From a virus (taxonomy: Duplodnaviria > Caudoviricetes): 52,317 nt of DNA. The stretch covers positions 1 through 52,317 of the IMG/VR virus record IMGVR_UViG_3300036828_000027; one strand, given 5' to 3'. Below are positions 46,873-52,317 of this stretch, one piece after another; the stretch's first letter is position 1; each line of letters begins with the position of its first letter. The position numbers and the translations under genes were made by a program. Below the pieces are notes generated by a model. That model was given only the letters and a program-made list of their open reading frames with translations. It ran no database searches and was not told the origin of the DNA.

Positions 46873-48408
46873 ATGTCAACTTGGTGGGACCGTTTCAATC
46901 AAAGTTGGTCTACTATTGGTCCACTCGATGATCCGACACCAGCACAAGCAGATGCTGGATGGGAGTATATTGGACAGGCCCCACCAACAGTTGAACAATT
47001 TAATAGTGTGCATCAGTGGTGGGATAAGAAAGACAATTGGCTATTTAATCAAATCGCTACAGTAATTACTAAAGCCAATTTGGTTCCTGCTGAAGATGAT
47101 CCATTACTACTGTGGGAGTCAATCAAATTTATATTTGAAGCTCCCAATGATGCTTACATCTATGCTCGTGGGCAATTGGGGTGGCATAGTGGCGGCACAT
47201 TTAGTGGTGACTTTGCTGCTGGTGCTATTTCTGCTAGAGGCGCTATTAGTTCTGCTACAGCTGTAACTGCTGGTAGCAATATCAATGCTGGTGGCAATAT
47301 CAATGCTGGCACATATTTGTTATCTGGCTCTGATGTTTATGTTGGCACAAAACTTTGGATTGGTGGTGCTGCTTCCCCATTTACTATGTCAAGAGGTGGT
47401 GGTTATCAATATATAATACATTCTACTGAATGGTATGATAGATATAATGAAGCAAATGGTGATCGTCATTGGATAGGTAATCTTGGATCTGGCGCACAGA
47501 CATTAATGCAATTAGTTGCTGGCAGTTTATGGTGCGCTGTAGATGTTGCTGCCGCTAGAAATCTATCATCTGGTGGAACTATTTCTGGACAATATTTATA
47601 TTCTGCTGGCAATGTAAGTGCTGCTGGTGATTTAACTGGCGCTAATGTTCGTGTTACTAATGTATATGCTAGTGGAGGGACATTTGAAGTAGGACCAGGC
47701 TACTATATGCAAAGAGGCGGCGATGGAATGTGGAGGTGGGTGGAAGCTAGCGTCACTAAAATGCAGTTATCCTCTGTTGGATTTTTATGGATAGCTCAGA
47801 ATTTAAGTTGCAGTCAAGCAGTAGATTGGAGAGACAGTTCATTAGCAGGTTGCTTTGGAACCACCCCTGGTTCTGCATTTAGATTTTATTCTGACGGCAC
47901 AGGCGCTGCATTCCAGCAACTAGGCGTTCAAGGTTGGGGTAGTATTATGAGTTACAATACTCAGATATACCCCTATGGTGGTGGTGCTTGGAGTAGTGAT
48001 ATTTATGGTAATACTTCACAAAATGGACAATGTGCTGCAACATCATTCCCTGTTATATCGGATGCAACTGTTAAAACTAATGTTCGTCCTTGGTCTCCTG
48101 ACCTAGCTAAAATATTGGGTATTGAAACAGTATCATTTCAGTATCGTGATGCCATTATTAAAGACAAAGGCATTACTCATTATGGAGTAACTGCGCAACA
48201 AATTCAAACTGTATTGCCTGAAGCAATAGTTACTTTGAAGATAGACAACACTACCAAGATTATCACCGACCCGAATGATTCTGATAAGGCTGTGGACAAT
48301 GGCACTAATGCAATTGATGTATTGTCAGTTGACATGAATGTTATTCTATATGCTTGCGTTAATGCGATCAAACAACTATCGGCACGATTGGATGCTGCTA
48401 AGATATGA
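46873..48408 (+). CDS. second tail fibre with an S74 chaperone domain
   Basis: GW...PPTVEQFN N-terminus; SDATVKTN, YGVTAQQ, VNAIKQL. Confidence 0.9.
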   Translation: MSTWWDRFNQSWSTIGPLDDPTPAQADAGWEYIGQAPPTVEQFNSVHQWWDKKDNWLFNQIATVITKANLVPAEDDPLLLWESIKFIFEAPNDAYIYARGQLGWHSGGTFSGDFAAGAISARGAISSATAVTAGSNINAGGNINAGTYLLSGSDVYVGTKLWIGGAASPFTMSRGGGYQYIIHSTEWYDRYNEANGDRHWIGNLGSGAQTLMQLVAGSLWCAVDVAAARNLSSGGTISGQYLYSAGNVSAAGDLTGANVRVTNVYASGGTFEVGPGYYMQRGGDGMWRWVEASVTKMQLSSVGFLWIAQNLSCSQAVDWRDSSLAGCFGTTPGSAFRFYSDGTGAAFQQLGVQGWGSIMSYNTQIYPYGGGAWSSDIYGNTSQNGQCAATSFPVISDATVKTNVRPWSPDLAKILGIETVSFQYRDAIIKDKGITHYGVTAQQIQTVLPEAIVTLKIDNTTKIITDPNDSDKAVDNGTNAIDVLSVDMNVILYACVNAIKQLSARLDAAKI

Positions 48409-48422
48409 TTTGACAATGTTAA

Positions 48423-48641
48423 ATGAAAGATCCATTCGACCCACTTAGAGGTGCATTCTTATTAATCGCAGGTTTAATATGTTTAATAGCACTAACAAAT
48501 TTACTAATCTTTACTGGTTGTATATTGAGAGTGGATACTTTGTGTACAAGACCAGTTAACATAGGTCAAGTAACTTTGGAACTCATTACTGCTATATCTG
48601 TACTGATCGCAGCGCGTAAGCCGCCAGGAGGTAACACATGA
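48423..48641 (+). CDS. putative holin
   Basis: Two hydrophobic segments; directly before the amidase. Confidence 0.55.
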   Translation: MKDPFDPLRGAFLLIAGLICLIALTNLLIFTGCILRVDTLCTRPVNIGQVTLELITAISVLIAARKPPGGNT

Positions 48642-49000
48642 GCTATATAATTGAAGATGCTGGGCAACATGAAGACAAAGTTATAGACACTGGACATTGC
48701 GTTCGTTTCTTACAAGAAATAGGCAATCTACCACACACATCTCAATGGAAGCGAGGTATGAAAGCCAAGAGTGCAATTATACCTAATGGAACTTGTATAG
48801 CTACATTCTCTCCTGGCGGAGAATACGAGAACAATATTGACGGATCAAGTCATGCTGCAGTATATGTAGGTCAAACTCCTGAAGGTCTTATTGTATATGA
48901 TCAATGGCAAGGACATCCAGTATCAATAAGAACAATATGGTTTCGTAATGGCAAAGGTAAAGCTGTTAATGATGGTGATCAATACTATGTAATTGACTAG
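48638..49000 (+). CDS. peptidoglycan amidase of the Tae2/BPSL0067-like NlpC/P60 family; probable endolysin
   Basis: GHCV (Cys), TSQWKRG, GTCIATF, SHAAVY (His), VYDQW. Confidence 0.75.
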   Translation: MSYIIEDAGQHEDKVIDTGHCVRFLQEIGNLPHTSQWKRGMKAKSAIIPNGTCIATFSPGGEYENNIDGSSHAAVYVGQTPEGLIVYDQWQGHPVSIRTIWFRNGKGKAVNDGDQYYVID

Positions 49001-50463
49001 ATTGGATCGGTCATAAACTTCTGTATTTCAGTTAGACTGCGGAACCACTGAGACTTGACTTGTTTCTTCTTCAATTCAGCTAACAATCTATGATCAATAG
49101 TCTTTGGAACTATAATATCATGATATGTTACTTTACTCTCCTGGCCGATGCGATGGTTGCGATCCTCAGCTTGTATTCGATCGGTAGATGACCAAGTGTT
49201 ACTATAGAATATTGTAGTTGAAGCTTCGTTCAATGTGAGTCCAGTCCCGCCAGAAGCAACAGTAATAACCAGGGCTTTATAGTCTTTCTCCTGGCGCCAT
49301 TTGTCTATATTCAGGAGCCTATTAGAGCCATCATCGCGAGACGATACGCCTATACCCCGGATGTGGTTACTAGCTAGCTCTGAAACTATTAGCTGTACAT
49401 CCATTATAAAGCGACAGAATATAATCACCTTACCAGAAGCATCTTCAACTAGTTCTGAAACAAAGTTAGCTCTATTTGACGGAATGATTTCTGTAGCCCT
49501 AGGATCATCAGATGTATTAATGTGACCACATAATACTTGCTGTAGTCGTATCATATTTGTTATTGCCATAGTCGCATCGACCAATTCGCCAGTCTTAAGT
49601 TCATACAATAATTGTTCTTGCAACTTACTATAAATGCGTTCTTGTTCTTTGGTCATACTTATTTCGTGAGTAACATATACCTTATCAGGTAAGTCTAGAC
49701 AATCCTTTTTGCGCTTCTGATAAGCAAATGGAGCGATCTTAGAAGCTAACATTTCCTCATTACGATAGCCAACTATTTGTCTAAATATTTGCCCACTCCT
49801 AATTTGTTTCTGATCCTCTATACAATACATATTCTTGAAGGCAGTATAAGAACGCAATCCAATAATGTTTTGATCAAGAAATTTGAATTGAGAGTATAGA
49901 CCCTCAATGCCTTCTTCAGCTTCAGTGCCTGTGGCTATGCGACGAAATTTAACATAGTTACTCAACTCTATTATTGCCTTTGTTCTTTGAGCTCCTTGAT
50001 TTTTGATCTTATGACTTTCGTCTACTGCCATGTATATGCCGCCTCTGAGTTTGGGCGCCAGGAGTATACGCTTCAAATAGTTCTTGCCTCCAACTGATGA
50101 CAAAGCTTCAATATTCATCAAGAATACAAGAACCTTATCTGACTCTAATATCCTAATGGTTTCTGCTTCTTTCTTTTCAAGTGCTATACCAGAGCGCCAT
50201 ATTTGTATCGTCCATTTGTCATAGTTAGGAGGCCCATGTTTGATAAGTTCTGACTCCCAGTTAATATGAACATTATTGGGCGCTACAATGACAGCACATT
50301 TGATTAGGTTCAATTCAATTAGATTGACTATCTCATCTACAATAATCTTACTCTTGCCTGTTCCCATCTCCAGGAAGTATGCAAACCCAGTCTTACTCCA
50401 TGCTTGTTGTAATGCTTCTATTTGATGCTGATAGGGTTCAGTTGTTATTATCATCATTCTCAT
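48997..50463 (-). CDS. SNF2-family helicase/ATPase
   Basis: EMGTGKS, VDESH, ATGT, GGTGLTL, QAEDRNHRIGQ. Confidence 0.95.
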   Translation of the reverse strand: MRMMIITTEPYQHQIEALQQAWSKTGFAYFLEMGTGKSKIIVDEIVNLIELNLIKCAVIVAPNNVHINWESELIKHGPPNYDKWTIQIWRSGIALEKKEAETIRILESDKVLVFLMNIEALSSVGGKNYLKRILLAPKLRGGIYMAVDESHKIKNQGAQRTKAIIELSNYVKFRRIATGTEAEEGIEGLYSQFKFLDQNIIGLRSYTAFKNMYCIEDQKQIRSGQIFRQIVGYRNEEMLASKIAPFAYQKRKKDCLDLPDKVYVTHEISMTKEQERIYSKLQEQLLYELKTGELVDATMAITNMIRLQQVLCGHINTSDDPRATEIIPSNRANFVSELVEDASGKVIIFCRFIMDVQLIVSELASNHIRGIGVSSRDDGSNRLLNIDKWRQEKDYKALVITVASGGTGLTLNEASTTIFYSNTWSSTDRIQAEDRNHRIGQESKVTYHDIIVPKTIDHRLLAELKKKQVKSQWFRSLTEIQKFMTDPI

Positions 50464-50632
50464 CCTTTACTATTTGGAAGTTGACTTTAGGAAACGACCA
50501 CCATCCAAATGCTTCCTCTAATGTTCTATCATCGAATTGAGCTAGATAGAATAGAGGATCAGGATGTTTTTGTATTAGTGCTGATTTCATATGCAGTCTA
50601 GTTGGTATTGGTGCTGTGTATATGCCTATCAT
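50438..50632 (-). CDS. hypothetical protein
   Basis: Coupled ORF. Confidence 0.6.
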   Translation of the reverse strand: MIGIYTAPIPTRLHMKSALIQKHPDPLFYLAQFDDRTLEEAFGWWSFPKVNFQIVKDENDDNNN

Positions 50633-50991
50633 TATAGGTGCTCTCCTGTCATCTCAAAGTAATCCTCGATGTCTTTCATTAAGAAGCCCCAAGTCTTTTG
50701 TCCTTCCTCATCTAGTTGTCGGAACCATTTATTGTATACCCATCTTAGATAGCTTGGGTCTATATCATCAAACTGCATACCTCTATGTTTACCAAAAGGC
50801 ATAGTCTTAGGCTTTGGTTGTGGCTGTGGTCTCTGCTGTTGCTGCTGAGGTTTACCATTTAGAATGTCGAATGTTATACCACGCTTGCGCAATGAGGTGA
50901 AGAACATTACTGCTGCATTTTGTACTTCGCCAACCTGAGCTCCAGGATCAAGAGCTAGTCTCATCATCTTTGTTTCTGTTTCAGTTAACAT
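50632..50991 (-). CDS. protein with a C-terminal MPFGKH (DUF3820/ExoX C-terminal-like) domain
   Basis: TMPFGKHRG...IDPSYLRW. Confidence 0.75.
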   Translation of the reverse strand: MLTETETKMMRLALDPGAQVGEVQNAAVMFFTSLRKRGITFDILNGKPQQQQQRPQPQPKPKTMPFGKHRGMQFDDIDPSYLRWVYNKWFRQLDEEGQKTWGFLMKDIEDYFEMTGEHL

Positions 50992-50997
50992 TTTATA

Positions 50998-51192
50998 TTA
51001 CTCTGCTGGATACATTAACCTGTGGATAGCGCGGATGGCGGCCAGATAACTCTGGGTCATTATAGTGCCGTGTTCGTCGTCACCCAACCCAGCGTCATTC
51101 AGATCCATTGCGAATGTAGCCAATGCCACACGCACAGTCATAGATTGTAATGTTGTCAACGGCACATCATTGATAGTGATACGTGCTTCCAC
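50998..51192 (-). CDS. hypothetical protein
   Basis: AAGGAG RBS. Confidence 0.65.
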   Translation of the reverse strand: MEARITINDVPLTTLQSMTVRVALATFAMDLNDAGLGDDEHGTIMTQSYLAAIRAIHRLMYPAE

Positions 51193-51204
51193 TTCATTTC
51201 TCCT

Positions 51205-51600
51205 TTATTTCCTACTCATATGAACATAATATTCATGGGTCTTTTTGCAACTATTTGAACAATACTTTTGATCGCTCCTAGTTGCCATATATGATACTCC
51301 ACAATGCATACAATATCTTGAAAGAGATTGCTTAAATAATGTATCAGGTTTCTTATATGGTTTACTTGGTCTTTCAAAGGGATTTACTCCAAGTCTATAA
51401 GGCCAAGATGAACATCTAACCTTATTACATTTTCTTATTGCTAGTTCAGTTATCTTACAATCAATACAACGTTCTCTAATTACATCAATTGTTTCTAATA
51501 CAGGTATTCCATATTTGACATAACTAGATTGACTTATTGTCTTTGGATCTCTGCCTACTTTCTCTCCTTTGTAGTCATATGTGAATATATTGTTATCCAT
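51205..51600 (-). CDS. Cys-rich Zn-binding protein
   Basis: IRERCIDC...IRKC...C..WPYRLG and CMHC...YCSNSC. Confidence 0.7.
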   Translation of the reverse strand: MDNNIFTYDYKGEKVGRDPKTISQSSYVKYGIPVLETIDVIRERCIDCKITELAIRKCNKVRCSSWPYRLGVNPFERPSKPYKKPDTLFKQSLSRYCMHCGVSYMATRSDQKYCSNSCKKTHEYYVHMSRK

Positions 51601-51742
51601 TTGCCTTTCTTTCATTGTTGTGCCAAGCACATTTACATTTATTATTACAGAATACTTTACGATTGTATCGTGTCCTTATTTCCTTGTTACAGTACTTACA
51701 ATTAATTGTTCTTGAAGCTTTTTGTTTCTTATACTTAATCAA
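51593..51742 (-). CDS. 49-aa Zn-ribbon protein (TTG start)
   Basis: Manual translation ...CKYCNKEIRTRYNRKVFCNNKCK...; AAGGGA RBS. Confidence 0.55.
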   Translation of the reverse strand: MIKYKKQKASRTINCKYCNKEIRTRYNRKVFCNNKCKCAWHNNERKANG

Positions 51743-51776
51743 TTTCCCTTATCCTACAGTAGTTATAAACGGTTTA

Positions 51777-51805
51777 ATTATAGCGCTGGTTCTCGCTCGC
51801 GTCTA
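51777..51805 (-). promoter_or_regulatory. sigma70-type promoter flanked by a 12-bp inverted repeat
   Basis: TAGACG-N17-TATAAT. Confidence 0.65.
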
Positions 51806-51885
51806 CCCTCTAAACCGTTTATTTTTACTGTAGAATAGTCGCATAAGCCTTATGTTTCTATATAGGGGATCGGGCCAAAAAATCG

Positions 51886-52317
51886 TTACGAAGAAGTAGC
51901 GGCTCCGAGAAACCGGAACCGATCGACGTATACTCTTCTGCCTGCTCGTGCCATTCCACCAAATATAAACCACGAACCAATACTATAATCATTGATTAGT
52001 TGTAGTCCTAATGATGGATACTTGAACCTTGATATTGTTGCATAGGCAGTGGCAGTATCATCCTCAATCAGTAAGTTTAACCACTTGTCCATAGGAACCA
52101 TTACATTGTTACGTTGCACTAAGAACATAGTTTCATTGAGTGACCTTTCATTGCGGTGCACAATCTTTGCCATTAATGTGATTGGTCCCTCATAGTCATC
52201 AGCTAGATCAATTAAATCCTTTCTAGGTACATGAATGATATTGTACTTCTTTGGGTCAGAAATTACTTCAGAGAAACGTTTCCTGCCCTCAAATATGTTA
52301 TCGAATGGCGTTGTTAT
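51886..52317 (-). CDS. dnaE: C-terminal part of DnaE (OB-fold region), joined to 1..2373 through the 9-nt terminal overlap
   Basis: The frame is open from the window end (ITTPFDNIFEG...) and in phase with ORF 51886..52173. ITT is shared with the end of the first part (WPKEITT). LLIEDDT resembles the LED motif of the DnaE OB fold. Confidence 0.88.
   Translation of the reverse strand: MTTPFDNIFEGRKRFSEVISDPKKYNIIHVPRKDLIDLADDYEGPITLMAKIVHRNERSLNETMFLVQRNNVMVPMDKWLNLLIEDDTATAYATISRFKYPSLGLQLINDYSIGSWFIFGGMARAGRRVYVDRFRFLGAATSS

Noticed and set aside
45437-48408. Diversity-generating retroelement or invertase-type fibre switching
   Set aside because: The two fibres share only short peptide similarity (DGxWRWV); I saw no reverse transcriptase, invertase or TR/VR nucleotide repeat.
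47-50064. GCCAGGAG explained simply as a Shine-Dalgarno sequence
   Set aside because: About eight copies could double as an RBS (e.g. 4366, 21205, 45422, 48623), but most are mid-gene and many are antisense; the GCC/CGCC extension is not needed for an RBS.

Overview
This window is almost certainly a complete, circularly closing genome (about 52.3 kb, roughly 40% GC by eye) of a contractile-tailed dsDNA phage. The last 9 nt repeat the first 9 nt, and a DnaE-type DNA polymerase reads in frame across that junction. Layout: (i) a minus-strand replication and nucleotide-metabolism arm (SNF2 helicase, DnaE, HNH, DnaQ, DUF1599-like, MazG, a variant ThyX, a flavoprotein, an SSB-like protein); (ii) a minus-strand array of small early genes at 8.3-13.0 kb, several behind a repeated leader; (iii) a 1.3-kb non-coding divergence region; (iv) a plus-strand block (HhH-fold protein, clan-A glycoside hydrolase, primase, VapE-like helicase, nuclease), then packaging, head, tail, baseplate, fibre and lysis genes. 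I saw no integrase, tRNA or CRISPR array. The host is probably a Gram-negative bacterium with an exosortase, plausibly an alphaproteobacterium (inference). Strongest signals: an 8-9 bp motif CTCCTGGC(G) present about 57 times by hand count on both strands and in different reading frames (about 0.6 expected), with a perfect palindromic copy in the control region; an early-gene cassette array whose spacers carry hairpins built from either this motif or a second palindrome, CGTATATACG; and a candidate DNA base-modification pathway around a ThyX with substituted catalytic residues. All family assignments come from motif recognition, not database searches, and all counts are manual.
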